Shown piece by piece: positions 1 through 12,920 of a DNA stretch of 64,000 nucleotides (position 1 is its first letter; each line of letters opens with the position of its first letter). The DNA is from Antechinus flavipes (taxonomy: Eukaryota). The stretch covers positions 450,802,001-450,866,000 of the forward strand of contig NC_067401.1 of assembly GCF_016432865.1 (NCBI RefSeq). The letters run 5' to 3'. Below the pieces are notes generated by a model that was not told the origin of the DNA, did no database searches, and was given only the letters and a program-made list of their open reading frames with translations. The translations under genes were made by a program, and so were the position numbers.

Positions 1-660
1 TCTTTCATCCCCATACTTCTCATTGAGAAGGCAGGTAATTCAACATAAGTTATATAATTGAAATCATGCAAAACTATTTCCATATTCTTTATGATGTGAA
101 AGAAAATATAGAACAAAAAACCTCAAGAAAAAATAAGTTTAAAAGTATGAATCAATATGTATCCAGACACCATCAGTTTCTTATTTGGTGATGGATAACA
201 TTTTTCATTATAAGTCCTTTCAAGTTATCTTGGATGATTGTATTGATGAGAATAGCTAAGTTATTCACAACTGATCAGTTTTCAATATTTCCGTTACTTT
301 GTACATAACGCAGTTCATCTTGAATCAGTTCGTGTAAGTCTTTTTGGGTTTTTCTGAAAGCATCCTGCTCATTATTTCTGTAGCATAATAGTATTCCATC
401 ACAACCACATACTACAATTTGTTCATCTCTTCCCCAATTGATAGACACCCCCTCAATATCCAGTTCCTTCGCACCAGAACTGTTAAATATTTTTTGTCCA
501 TCTAGGTCCTTTTCTTATTTTTTAAAATCTCTTTTTTGTATGCAGACATAGTAGTAGTATTGTTAGGCCAAAGGGCATGCAGAGTTTTATAGGACTTCAT
601 ATTTTATAGGACAGTTCACAACTCCATCAACAAAACACTATTATCTCATTTCCCCATCAT
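1..660 (-). mobile_element. Old L1 fragment (ORF2 C-terminus/3'UTR)
   Basis: Antisense L1 3' motifs such as 'cagttcgtgtaagtc', 'ataatagtattccatc' and 'ccccaattgatagacaccccctc'. Same subfamily as 2310-3130. Confidence 0.8.
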
Positions 661-879
661 TTCCCCATATCCCCTCCCTATTCACCACCTTCCTTTTCTG
701 TCCTATTTTCTTTTCCTTCTCTCTTCTGCAAGAAACTTGAAGCATCACTCTAAAACTAATTGTAGCTTCTGTCAAAGTCACTATCTTGATATTTATTGAT
801 GATGGAGATGATTCAACAATAATAAATTAATTATTGTAAATTTTCATTTCTCAAAAAGTATTAAAATGTTTCACATGTA

Positions 880-1130
880 CATAGCAATTCACACATGCAA
901 GTTCTTTCTTCTCAATAGCTTTGTGAGGTAGGAAATGCTAATATTATTTCTACTTTTTTACAGATGAAGAAACTGAGAGTCAGGGCAAGTAAGTAATTTA
1001 ATAGAAAATCATCCCAGTATTTTTGCTGAGAAAAACTCAAATTTTGTCATGAAGATTTAGACATAACTGAAAAACAAATGGCTTACAGAGCTAGTAAGGT
1101 TAGAACTCAAGTGTATTCGAGTTAGGTCTG
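880..1130 (-). mobile_element. MIR-type CORE-SINE fragment
   Basis: 'ttttttacagatgaagaaactgagagtcag' is the reverse-complement MIR core. Confidence 0.65.
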
Positions 1131-1939
1131 AAACCTTTTCATGATACCAACAGGGATCCTTTCTGTACCCTTGTTATGAGTTACTGCATTGTTAACTACC
1201 TACCTTGTGTACCTTCAGTCATCCTGATGCCCTACTTCTTAGTCAATGCTACCCTGAAGCATGGATTTTGTAGGACATCTCTAAGGGATGGACATATTTA
1301 ACTAAACTACTGTGCCTTTTATTTGGCAAAGAGTAATTCCCTTGGGAATGATCTGATAAAAGAATCCATCCTTAGGTATTAACAGGTGATGGCTTTAATG
1401 CGCTAATCCTTGCCAGAATATTTTAATTTAAAAGAAATGTGATCCCTTAAATCAAAGGGATCAGTTTATAGTGGTCAAATTTCAGAAAGCTGTGGTAAAC
1501 TGGGGAGACAGTTTTTACAGGGGAACGAGGGACAGGCCTTCAAAAATGTTGTCAGCTGCCTGCTTGCCTATTCCCACATGATTTCCTTGGCACGGGCCCT
1601 TTAAATATCCCTATGAGTACGCTTTCAATCTTGGAGCACACTATTGTTCCAAGGAAAGAAAGAAGTAGGGCAGACCTTGTCAGACCAATATAACAACGTG
1701 ACAACAGATTTTTAAACAAACACATCAGATTTTATCCTCTAAATGAATGCTGTCAAGCCTGAGAGTTAAGGGTGGTGAACAAAGTATGTTTGAGAGTCTT
1801 GCTATTCTGATTTGGGACAAAAATAATTGGACATACACCACTATTTCATCCATTTTATGTTAACCCTACCTTATCCCTGTAGCTAGTTCTAAATTTATCC
1901 CAGATTTCCTGATTGCTAGTTTGTAGTATAAGTGCAATC

Positions 1940-2170
1940 AAAGGAGTTCTGAATTTGGAATACGATTTGGTGGCAGGCAAGTTCCTTTATCTCACTGAAC
2001 CTCAGTTTCCTCATTATAAATTGAGAGGTTTTAGATTCCTATGGATCTAGAACTAGAAAGGATCTCAGAGACTATTTAGTAAAATCACCTTATGACAGAG
2101 CCAAAAAAATCCCTGATGTCCACAAGAGTTAAACGATTTATCCAAGGACATCAAGCCAGAAAACATCAAT
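1940..2170. mobile_element. MIR/MIR3-like SINE fragments
   Basis: Core 'ctcactgaacctcagtttcctcattataaa' followed by 'ctagaactagaaaggatctcagag'. Confidence 0.6.
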
Positions 2171-2309
2171 GATACAATTTGTACCATGGTTCTCCAACTC
2201 CCAAACCAGCATTCTTTGTCTTCTCTGGATATTTAGATTTGGATATTTTTAATTGGGCATTGGATAGAATTCTTGCCTGCCTAGACTATGCCCTTGAACT
2301 GCCTCTTTG

Positions 2310-4450
2310 CTTAGAAAAAAATTGAAGGAGAAACAGATCCCAATCACTTCCCTTTCTTTGTTTGAGCGCTGCCCAATGTTCTCCCATTTGAAACTGGCTC
2401 CAGTTCTTTTTCTGGGGATCGCTAGCAATTTTTATCCATCTGAATTATCTTGGGTCATTTTATTTCTGACAATATCTATGTTATTCACTGATGATTGTCT
2501 TACAATATTGCTGTTACTTTGTATACATAGTACATTACACTTTGCATCAGCTCATGTAAGTCTTTGCAGGTTTTTCTGAGAAGACCTTCTCATCAATTCT
2601 TATAGCACAATAGTATTCCATCATTATCACATACAATTTTAGTCCTTCCCTACTTCATGGGTATCCCCTCAATTTCTAATTATTTTCCCCCAGAAAAAGC
2701 TGCTATAAATATTTCATACCTGTAAGTCCTTTTTCATTTTTTAAAAATCTCTTTTGGGATAGACCTGGGAGTGATATAGATAAGTATTGATAGATCAAAA
2801 AGTATGCACAGTCCCAAATTGCTCTAAATAATGGCTAAATCAGTTCATAATACCACAATAGTGCATTAATGTCTCATTTCCCCCCTCCATTCTCTCCAAC
2901 ATTAGTCATTTTCCTTTTTGGTTCTATTAGCCAGTCTAATAGGAATGAGAGAATACCTAAGAATTGTTTCAATCCACATTTCTCTAATTAATAGTGATTT
3001 AGAGAATTTTTTTCATGTGGTTATAAATAGCTTTGATTATCTCATCTGAAAACTATTCATATCTTTTGATCACTTATCAATTGGAGAATAGCATCCCCCC
3101 CCCCTTTTTTTTTTTTTACAAATTTGACTCAGTTATCTAAGTGTTTAAGACTTTCTCAGAAAAAAAAAAACTTGCTTCAAAATTTTTTCAGTTATCTTAG
3201 CTAACTATATTTCCCTCTATCCTAATTCCTTCCCCACATCTCTTCTATCTTTCTTCTTTCCCCATCCCTCTTCAAAAGTGTTTTGCTTTTGACTACCATT
3301 TGCATCAATCTGCTCTCACTTTTTTCACAGTGCTTCCCTTTTCTTGTATCCTTTCCCTCCTACTTTCATGTAGAGTTAGATAGATTTCTATTGTGCATGT
3401 TATTTCATTTTTGAGCCAATTCTGATGAGATAAGATTCACTTACTCTTCCCTCCCACATCCCCCAATTTCCCCTCCTTTGTGACAGCTTTTTATTGCCTT
3501 TTTTGGGTAAGATAATTTATTCCCTTTCCTTTTTCCCTTTTCCCTTTCTTCCAGTATATTCCTTTCTCACGTCTTAATTTTAGTTTTTTAAAAAAAATAT
3601 ATCCCTTCATGTTCAATTCACACCTGTGACCTCTGTCTATATATACTTAACTGCCTTAATAATGTGAAAGTTCTGATAAGTATCATTTTCCCATGTGGGA
3701 ATGCAAATAGTTAAGACTTATTAAATTTCTTATGTTTTCTTTTCTGTGTTTATCTTTTATGCTTCTCTTGAGTCTTATATCTGAACATCACATTTTTTAT
3801 TCAGTTTTGGTCTTTTCATCAAGAATGCTTGAAAGTCCTTCATTTCATTGATTATCCATTTCCCTCCTGAAAGATTATACTTAGTTTTCCTTACTAGGTG
3901 ATTCTTGATTGTACTCCTTGCTCCTTTGCCCTCCATAATATCATATTCTGAGCCCTGCAAGTTGCTAAATTTTTTGTTATTCTGATGATACTTTAATTAT
4001 TTCTATCTGGCTGCTTGCAGGGCTCTCTCCTTGATCTAGGAAGCCTATAATTTGTTTATAATAATTGGCAGTTTTTTACTTTGGTATCTCTTTCAAGATA
4101 TTTTCCAGATTAGTTATTTTTAAGTTGATATTTCACATTGACTTCTATTTTTCATTCTCTTAATTTTGTTTTGTTTTATTGTTTCTTGATTTATCAAAGC
4201 AGTTATTAGAGTCCATTTGCTTGAATACTAATTTTTAAGGATTCCTTTTGGCCAAAAATACTTTTAAAGGAGTTTTAAAATCAATTTTTGTGCTTCTCTC
4301 TTCATTTGCCCAATTTTCTTTTTAAGGCATTCTTCTCCTTATTGGCTTTTTGTACCTTCTTTACCTTTTGGCCTTTTTAAGGTTTTTTTATTTTTAAGGT
4401 TTTATTTTCTTCAGTATTTTTTATTTCCTTTGTCAAGCCTCATTTTTCAT
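2310..4450 (-). mobile_element. L1-derived element: ORF1 + spacer + ORF2 C-terminus, most of ORF2 missing (HAL1-like)
   Basis: ORF 3775-3960 (-) ends 'INEMKDFQAFLMKRPKLNKKC', the marsupial L1 ORF1p C-terminus. Coiled-coil-coding repeats lie at 4120-4450. The spacer at 3190-3770 abuts ORF2 C-terminal sequence near 3090. Confidence 0.7.
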
Positions 4451-5589
4451 GATTTTCTGACATCATGCTTTAGGGTTTATAATTATTTTGCAGATCTATA
4501 TATTGAGCACAGATGAATTGTGTGATAATAGAAAATTTCCTCAACTTCACTGGGCCTCAATTTCTGAATCTACAGATAAAGAACAAAAATGTGCTAACTA
4601 CATCAGAGGCCATTTTGGGAAATGAATAAATGAATGAATATCTAACTGAAAGCATGAAAAAGCATTTATTAAGCAATTATAATGTGCCAAACACTGCATT
4701 AATTATAGTTGGAAAACCAATCTTTGAAGAGGAGTGTGATTTTAAGTCTAGTATATGTTAGGTATGAAAGAGTCGGGGATCCCAAGAGAAAAGTGAAACA
4801 GATTCTGTTCTCACAGAGTTCCCATTCATGCCATGGAAAACTTCAGGCATGGTGTCTGAATTGTAAGCAGAAGCATATTGCCGAAAAGCTGCAACATTCT
4901 TAAAGTCCATGTTGGAATCTTGCCTCTTCCAATCCTTGGCTACTGACCACACACGAATGATTTGAATACTCTTAGCTTCAGTTTCTATATCTATAGATTG
5001 CAGATAATAAACATAGGGTGTCATGAAGCTCCAAAGAGACAACATAGTCAAGGGACTTTGCAAACAAAAACTGGTCAATGTGCACTAGAGTCGATGAGTA
5101 TTCTAGAATACAAGCCTATTGAGTCATCCAAAAATAGCTGGAACTTTTAAGAGATATTGCTCCTATGTGTAGCTAAGGAACCCAGAAGTACACTCCAACT
5201 GCACCTCCTTCCAATGCTTCGAACAGTTCCTGATACGTAGTGATGCTTAAGAAATGTTTATCGATTGACTGTGAATTTTTGTGGAATTAATGAATCATTT
5301 TCATCTCTTAGAAGCCTTCCTTTCTTTATAGGACTTCTTTATTCCCCCAGCATTCTTTCTGCCCCCTCCCACCCATCTTACCATACATACATATATACAT
5401 GTGCATTGTAATTACTATTTGTAACTCAGCTGTGACTATGATGTGATATGACAATAGGTTGACTCCATGCCTGGCACAGCATAATAAATGTTTATTGAAT
5501 TTATTTTTTAAACAAATGTATTGAAATAGAAGATTAGATTGGATTTGAGAGTTCAATCCATATGTGACCAAGAAGTCCCTCCCTATCAT

Positions 5590-5720
5590 ACTTGAATTAG
5601 GGCTATTCAGCCTTGGTATAAATATTTCACTTGATGGGGCAGAACTTGTCACCATCTGAAATGGCTGATTTAACTCTGGGTTAGTTTTAATTCTTAGGAT
5701 TTGGATTTTTCTTCTATTAT
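5590..5720 (-). mobile_element. CR1/L3 3' fragment
   Basis: 'cagccttggtataaatatttcacttgatggggcagaacttgtcacc' resembles the antisense L3 3' region. Confidence 0.45.
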
Positions 5721-6719
5721 GGCTGTTTCTATTGTCAAAAAACCCCAGTCTTTTTAAGAATTGCTATCTCAGGAACTTGTGTGCTGATTCCACTCTCGCA
5801 GCCAGACAGGACATATTTTTAGGATTCTTTGAAATTGCTTTCAGAGCTGGAGGCCCAAGTTTTTGTGTGTCCTCCATGATGGCAAGCCATCCTTTGAAGC
5901 TTCATTTGATTTTTGGAAACTTCCCAAAGTCATTGGGAGCCAACTCTGGTGAATAAAATCCAGATTGAAGCTGGATAATGCTTCTTTTAATTCCAGCACA
6001 AGGCATGACTGAAGTAGGGGATTGGGTTTCTTGTATAGCTTCTATGGAGGTTTTGAAGTTAATACCCAGAGAGGAAGTTGAATGTCAGCAACATCAGAGT
6101 TAGTCAGTGGGTTGCCTCCCAACATGGCTCGGCTGAGAAATAACCCTGGGAAGGTGGATGGAAAGCTTCTGGTATATTTGCTAAATTTATCATCCAGTTC
6201 TAGTTACGCCCAATATGGTGGAGTGGAAGAAGCTCTAAGCGACCCACTGCCCTTTGGCAGAAAACCCCAAATAGGGGTACAGGAATCACGAATAACTGGA
6301 AATCACTGAAAACAAGAAAGTGAGGGAAATGACCACACTGACCTCCCAGGCTTGTTATAAGAATCTGATGAGATCATCAAGGGTCTGGCACATTGTAAGT
6401 ACTATATAAATGCTAGTTATTATTGTTCAAGGTCAAAGGATCCTGATGAAACAGCTTTTTATCTCCAGTCCAAATAATCTGACCAGAAAAGGTCTTGGTA
6501 CCTTAATTGAATTGATCAATCAATCCATCCACATGCAATGTAAACTAAGTATGTCCAGGCCTCTAATTAATTTGAGAGGAGTAGTGTTTTGATCAAAAGA
6601 TACAAAGAGATCATGTCACATAGGAAATATCTTATAACTGATATAAAGAATTGGAAGCATTGTTGGATTGTGTATAAAACATAGTAAACTGGTATTTAAC
6701 ACAGTGAGTCCATTGACAA

Positions 6720-6900
6720 AAGATTCTGGAGAATATCATGGTACAACCTTCCTCCTGCTCTTTCAATTTGCACACGAGGGATCCAAAGCTCAGAATTTTA
6801 GCGACTTCCCTAGAGTTACACAGGGATTGAGTGACAGAGTGGGGATTTCTGGTGGGGGCTTTGCCTCCAGAGGCAGTCTTCTACCTATCTGCATCCTGCC
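6720..6900 (-). mobile_element. MIR fragment
   Basis: 'agcgacttccctagagttacacagggattgagtgacagagtggggattt' matches antisense MIR. Confidence 0.6.
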
Positions 6901-7899
6901 TTAGATGACACCGAACTAGCTGATAAATCTCTGGGAGACACATTCGTTCTCCTCTGGGCAATGACCATAATAAGGGACCATCTTCTAAGAGAAGGTTGTG
7001 AAGAACAAATGAGATAATTTAGGTAAAATGCTTTTCAAATTTAAAAGACTATCTTGTTAACATTGTTGGAGATTATGTAAGCTCCCATTAGACAAGGAGA
7101 GGCAGCTCCATATGGCACCTCCATGTGGATCTCAGAGCCAGAAAGGCTATCTCTGACACACATTGTAGGCATGATAGACTTAATGGGACACAAAATAAAT
7201 GTTTAGTTCTGGGTGGGCTTGACCTGCCAGTTCCTCACCACAAGTGATGCAGAGAATCATGGGAGGTCAGAGGTGGACCTAGAACCCAGGTCTGTGAGTT
7301 TCCAAGACCAACTCTCTGGGGGAAAGTATGCATGGCAAATATATGTTAATAATGATGCAGATTAAGTTTAATTATTTCCTTGAATCTAGACAATGAAGAA
7401 AAAATCCATTAAGCCTTGATTTATCAAGCTGGCTCCTACACAGCACACCTCTGCCAGTAACCTCTCTTGTTATTAACCTATTTACAAAGGACAAAACTGA
7501 GATCCCAAAAGTTTAAATGACTCGCCGAAGATCACATAGTTAGCATGGGTTGGAGCCAGATTTGTTTTGCAGAGCCTTTATCGCCCTGCATTTCAAGGTC
7601 TATTTGGTTTGTATCCAAAATAGCTGTTATTGTTATATAGTATCATATCCATATATGTGATTATTGATATTACATTATATTTAACTTTGTAGCCATAAAC
7701 AATTGTTAGTTATAAACTTTTGAAAATGAAATTGCTGTTTTCAGAACCCAGTTCAATTAAAAAGTATCCGGCCCTCTCCCAAATAGATTCTGTTGCACTT
7801 TTCACATTCGATGTACTTTTGGAATTCACACAAAAATGATCAAACTCACAAAATGTAAATTCAGTTCTGTGGGCCTTTATTCAGTACCTACTGTGTGCC

Positions 7900-8060
7900 A
7901 GTCATGGGCAATAAAAGGCAGGCAGAGCATTAGATCTGGAATCAGAGAACGGGGCAACTTCCCATATGACTGTGAGTCAGTCCCTTCTTCCTACATGGGT
8001 CTCTTATTCTCCATTTACAAAATGGGACGGTTGCACTAGTTGTATTCTAAGTTGTCTAAT
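7900..8060 (+). mobile_element. MIR fragment
   Basis: 'gcattagatctggaatcagagaac...tgactgtgagtc...ctccatttacaaaatggga' follows the MIR head and core. Confidence 0.6.
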
Positions 8061-8294
8061 CTGCAGGCTCGAAGTGTATCATTCTCAGACTCTATAAGTC
8101 AGGTAAAGTGGATCTTTCCTCAAGGAGCTTCCATTCGATTCTGAATTGGGGTCATTCCAGTAATATGCTGGCCTGGGGCCACTTGTGGTTGGGAGCATTG
8201 TTGGAAATTTGGCTTCGGAGCATTTGGTCTACCATCTCCCAGGTCTCAGAGCCAATATTTCTCACAAACTATCTCCTGTTCACCTAAAGTGATG

Positions 8295-8640
8295 ACTTTT
8301 ATTTTCTTTCTTTTAAAAATTTGTTTTTTCCAATTAAGAAAAATCTGTTTTCCTTTTCACCACTTCAGGGAAGAAAAAGGGCAAAACTTTTCAACAAATA
8401 TGCATAATCAAGCAAAACAAATTCCCATATTGGCCAAGAGCAAAAGCTGTCTGAGTCATTGTGCACTTGAGTCACCAACAGCTGGGAAGTCGGTAGCATT
8501 CTGCATCAAATGTCCTCTGCCCTGTATCTTTTGGTCAATCAGTAAACATCTAGCAAGCATGAACATGTTCAGAGTTATTTGTCTTTCCAATGTGGTTGCT
8601 ATATCATTCAGACACTGCTCACTTCACTTTGTGTCATTTC
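8295..8640 (-). mobile_element. L1 3'UTR fragment
   Basis: T-rich tail at left, then 'atattggccaagagc' and 'tctgcatcaaatgtcctctg', resembling the other antisense L1 3'UTRs in the window. Confidence 0.55.
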
Positions 8641-10090
8641 CTACAAGTCTTATCAAGTTTCTTTGGGACGGTTTCCCTTTCCTTATTTCTTACACTTTTC
8701 AAGTCCATTCATTTCCCACAATTTGGCCGTTCCTCAGTGAATGGGTCTCACCTCAGTTTCTAATTCTGTCACTACATAAACTTTAGCTCGTGGGGCTGGT
8801 TTCCTATCAACAATCTCCTTTTCACTTAAAATGCTGACAGTTTATTCATTTCTAAGTTGGGACTGAAAATGAGGAAAGTGCTCAAATATTAAAAGTATTT
8901 GAGCAGATTTTAACTCTCTGGTTCATGCCTGGCCAAGATATGATAGTTCTGGTGTCCTTGCTCTTGGGAACCTGCCTCAGTGAATTTCCAAGGCTCTTGT
9001 CCAGGAGATCTGACCAACTGCCTCTCTAACATGCCCCTGAAGGAGCTGAAAATCATTTCTGACATTTCTATCGACTAATTGGACTCTGATTGGTGTCAGC
9101 TGCTGCTGGCTGTGATAAAATTGTTCTCAGGCAGGCCGGGCCTTTAGGATGTGACATCAGGCCCCTTCCTGCTCATTTTGGAGACAGGCAATTGGAGAAG
9201 TGAGTAATGGACCAGGCCCAGACATGAAGCTTAGCAAGCATGTGGAGCCTAATTTTAACAGGGAAAGACGAGGTTTGGCTTTGAGTTGAAAGAATAAGCT
9301 CAAAGCATTAAGGATCTGGATGTCTGAACCTTCCTGGGGAGATTCTCCTGCTGTAAATGAAACTGGGGGGACAAGCCCATATTCTAATTCCTGGAGATGC
9401 AGATAGCGACAGATCCATCAGAATTATCTGATCAATGATAAGCTGATCAATTCTACTTTGGGGACGAAATACATGCCTACTGATGCGATGGAGAGGCTGT
9501 GTAGCCCAGTAGATTGGTTGTATTCTGGACTGAATCCCAAGAGATCTTCCTCACAAGCGCAATCTTTATGTGAATCAGGCCACTGCAGAGGATCCCATAA
9601 AACAGGGCTTAACTGGGATGTGTCAGGGAATCTGTGAACTGGGTTGGAGGAAATGACATTTTTCATTTTATTAACCTTGGACTTGAATTGAGCAGTTTTT
9701 TTAAATGTTTAAAAAACATCATTTGAGAAATGGTCCTTAGTCATTCACCGGAGAATCAAAAGGCTTTAGGATGCCCCAAATGGTAAGGACCTCCGATGTA
9801 GAATCTCAGACTGGCTAGGATCTTATACGTGTGCTGCTGGAAACTACTCCCAGTGAAATCAGAAACTACCCATATGTACACATGTATGTGCCCTCTGCAT
9901 CCATATGTGCACATTATTTATAGTTATATTTATCTATACCCATATTCACACATATACGCCTTGTGATCTCTATATCTATTCTTTCATCTAAGACTATATC
10001 AAATACTGATATCTGATATATCATATAAATTTTTAGCATTTATTGAGCACTTTCTCTGTGCCTAGCACTGTTCTAGGCAATACATTTTTA

Positions 10091-11379
10091 TTTTTTATTA
10101 TTTTTTGGGGGGGTTTCAGATTCTTTTTTTTTTAATTTTTATTTAATAATTACTTTATATTAACACTCGTTTCTGTTCTGATTTTTTTCCCTCCCTCCCT
10201 CCACCCCCTCCCCTAGATGGCAAGCAGTCCTTTATATGTTGGATATGTTGCAGTATATCCTAGATACAATATATGTTTGCAGAACCGAACAGTTCTCTTG
10301 TTGCATAGGGAGAATTGGATTCAGAAGGTATAAATAACCCGGGAAGAAAAACAAAAATGCAGATAGTTCACATTCGTTTCCCAGTGTTCTTTCTTTGGGT
10401 GTAGCTGCTTTTGTCCATCATTTATCAATTGAAACTCAGGTCTCTTTGTCAAAGAAATCCACTTCCATCAAAATATGTCCTCATACAATATTGTTGTTGA
10501 AGTGTATAATGATCTCCTGGTTCTGCTCATTTCACTTAGCATCAGTTCATGTAAGTCTCGCCAGTCCTCTCTGTATTCATCCTGCTGGTCATTTCTTACA
10601 GAACAATAATATTCCATAACATTCATATACCACAATTTACCCAGCCATTCTCCAATTGATGGGCATCCATTCATTTTTCAGTTTCTAGCCACTACAAAGA
10701 GGACTGCTACAAACATTTTGGCACATACAGGTCCCTTTCCCTTCTTTAGTATTTCTTTGGGATATAAGCCCAGTAGAAACACTGCTGGATCAAAGGGTAT
10801 GCACAGTTTGATAGTTTTTGGGCATAATTCCAGATTGCTCTCCAGAATGGTTGGATTCGTTCACAATTCCACCAACAATGCATCAGTGTCCCTGTTTTCC
10901 CACATCCCCTTCAACATTCATCATTATTTTTTCCTGTCATCTTAGCCAATCTGACAGGTGTGTAGTGGTATCTCAGAGTTGTCTTAATTTGCATTTCTCT
11001 GATCAATAATGATTTGGAACACTCTTTCATATGAGTGGTAATAGTTTCAATTTCATCCTCTGAAAATTGTCTGTTCATATCCTTTGACCATTTATCAATT
11101 GGAGAATGGCTTGATTTCTTATAAATTTGAGTCAGTTCTCTATATATTTTGGAAATGAGGCCTTTATCAGAACCTTTAACTGTGAAAATGTTTTCCCAGT
11201 TTGTTGCTTCCCTTCTAATCTTGTTTGCATTAGTTTTATTTGTACAAAGGCTTTTTAATTTGATGTAATCAAAATTTTCTATTTTGTGATCAGTAATGGT
11301 CTCTAGTTCATCTTTGGTCATAAATTTCTTTCTCCTCCACAAGTCTGAGCGATAAACTATTCTATGTTCCTCTAATTTA
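10091..11379 (-). mobile_element. Young 5'-truncated L1 with 12-bp TSD
   Basis: TSD AATACATTTTTA at 10079-10090 and 11380-11391. ORF 10911-11342 is L1 ORF2p C-terminus ('HSPIDKWSKDMNRQF', 'IREMQIKTTLRYHYTPVRLA'). ORF 10468-10674 ('CPSIGEWLGKLWYMNVMEYY') is the ORF2p end. Confidence 0.95.
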
Positions 11380-11699
11380 AATACATTTTTAAAAAATAGG
11401 CTTTACCTCCAAATAATTTGCATTATATTAGGAACACAGATAATAATGTAAGTGATATCTCCACGAGTGAAGATCTCACCCCATCCATACTTGAAAGTAT
11501 GGAATATTGTTCATATCTTCCACAGAGAATGTACCCAAAGGGTTTTGGTCTTTCCTGTAGGCTTTAGAAAAATAAATTTTATGTCTATCAGTGCAAGTTT
11601 GGAAGGATTCATCTGTTAACTCTTGGCTCTTGACAAATGACTGCTCCATTGTGGTTTTAATCAGTCACTTTTTAATCGTATGGTAGATCCAAATATATA

Positions 11700-11920
11700 G
11701 GGGGAGCAATGGGTATAACTCTGGGTTTGGAGTCAGGAGGAAGAAAAATCCTCCTGCATTCACCTATGGGACTTAGGAGATGTCAGCTAACCTGTTTGCC
11801 TCAGTTTCCTCATCTGTAAAAAGAGCTGGAGAAGGAAATGGCAAATCATTCCTGCATCTCTGCCAAGATACCCCAAATGGGATCACAAAGAGTCAGTCAT
11901 GACTGAAGAGCAAAAACAAC
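11700..11920 (+). mobile_element. Mar1-type marsupial CORE-SINE
   Basis: Core 'gcctcagtttcctcatctgtaaa' plus RTE-type tail 'gagctggagaaggaaatggcaaa...gtcatgactgaagagcaaaaacaacaa'. Confidence 0.85.
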
Positions 11921-12739
11921 AATATCCAATTTATCTAATTGTATCATCTCTATATCTCTATATAACTATTTATGTACATATATGTATCTATATCTACATC
12001 TATCCGTCATCTATGTATCTGTGCATGTATCATCTATCTATACAGACTTCAACCCTTCAAAGATCCATTATTTGATCAATTTAGGTGACCATATCACTGA
12101 TCTAGATTATGATATCTCGATTTCTTGGTTTTCTGGAGTTATTTTATCTAAAACTATAACCTCCATGATATGACTCCTCAAACCTAGGGAGGCTATTTTT
12201 GTGCGGGAGCCATACAATGTGTTATGGGTCCATACTTGAAGTCTTTCCAACTTGGGAGGCTCTTTCCATATCTTTTCTATAGTGAGTCATGGAAACATCA
12301 CTTGCCTGTATACACATATGTATACCTGTGTACATGTATGTATATGTAGCATTTGTATATATCCAATGAAGTGAATTTTATGTATGTTTATATGTTGCAG
12401 ATACAAAAGGATCCATGTTTTTGTCATAGTAGGGGCCGTTTCATGGACAAGTTGAGTTCAGGATTAAGTGAGAGGAGAAGAGCAGACTGGCTGGCTTTTT
12501 GGAAATTAAAAATTTCTTTAATTACTCCAATTCTTTCCTGAAATGGAGGCCCATGTTTGGGATATGGACTTTCTCTCAGTGATGTCATAAAGCATTAAAA
12601 CATGGAATATAAGTCTGAGAAGAATTAAAAATGAGCATCATTCCAAGAACAAAGAAAGTGATGAGTATGAACAAGCTGCTGCCCTGAACAGGAGCCAAGT
12701 GTGTCAGGGAAATGGATGATAGAGGATGTGCCCCAAATA

Positions 12740-12920
12740 ATAGCCCACACTTTAAGGTTCATAAAGTGCTTTGCCAATGTTGACTCCTTTGATCCTTACA
12801 AAGATCCCAGGAAGCAAGTGCTCTTATTATCTTCATTTTACAGCCAAAAAGAGGTTAAATGACTTGCCCAACTAGGGAATATCCAGGCCAGGATTTGAAC
12901 TTAAGTGTTCCTGCTGCAAG
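12740..12920 (-). mobile_element. MIR fragment
   Basis: 'cttcattttacag...aggttaaatgacttgccca...aggatttgaactta'. Confidence 0.7.

Noticed and set aside
8289-8786. 165-aa plus-strand ORF
   Set aside because: It runs antisense through an L1 3'UTR and a MIR piece, starts with TTG/GTG-class initiation, and has no recognisable domain.
10911-11342. L1 ORF2 fragments (also 28332-28553, 32652-32999, 56004-56321) as functional genes
   Set aside because: All are truncated or disrupted transposon remnants. There is no intact ORF1 or ORF2 in the window.
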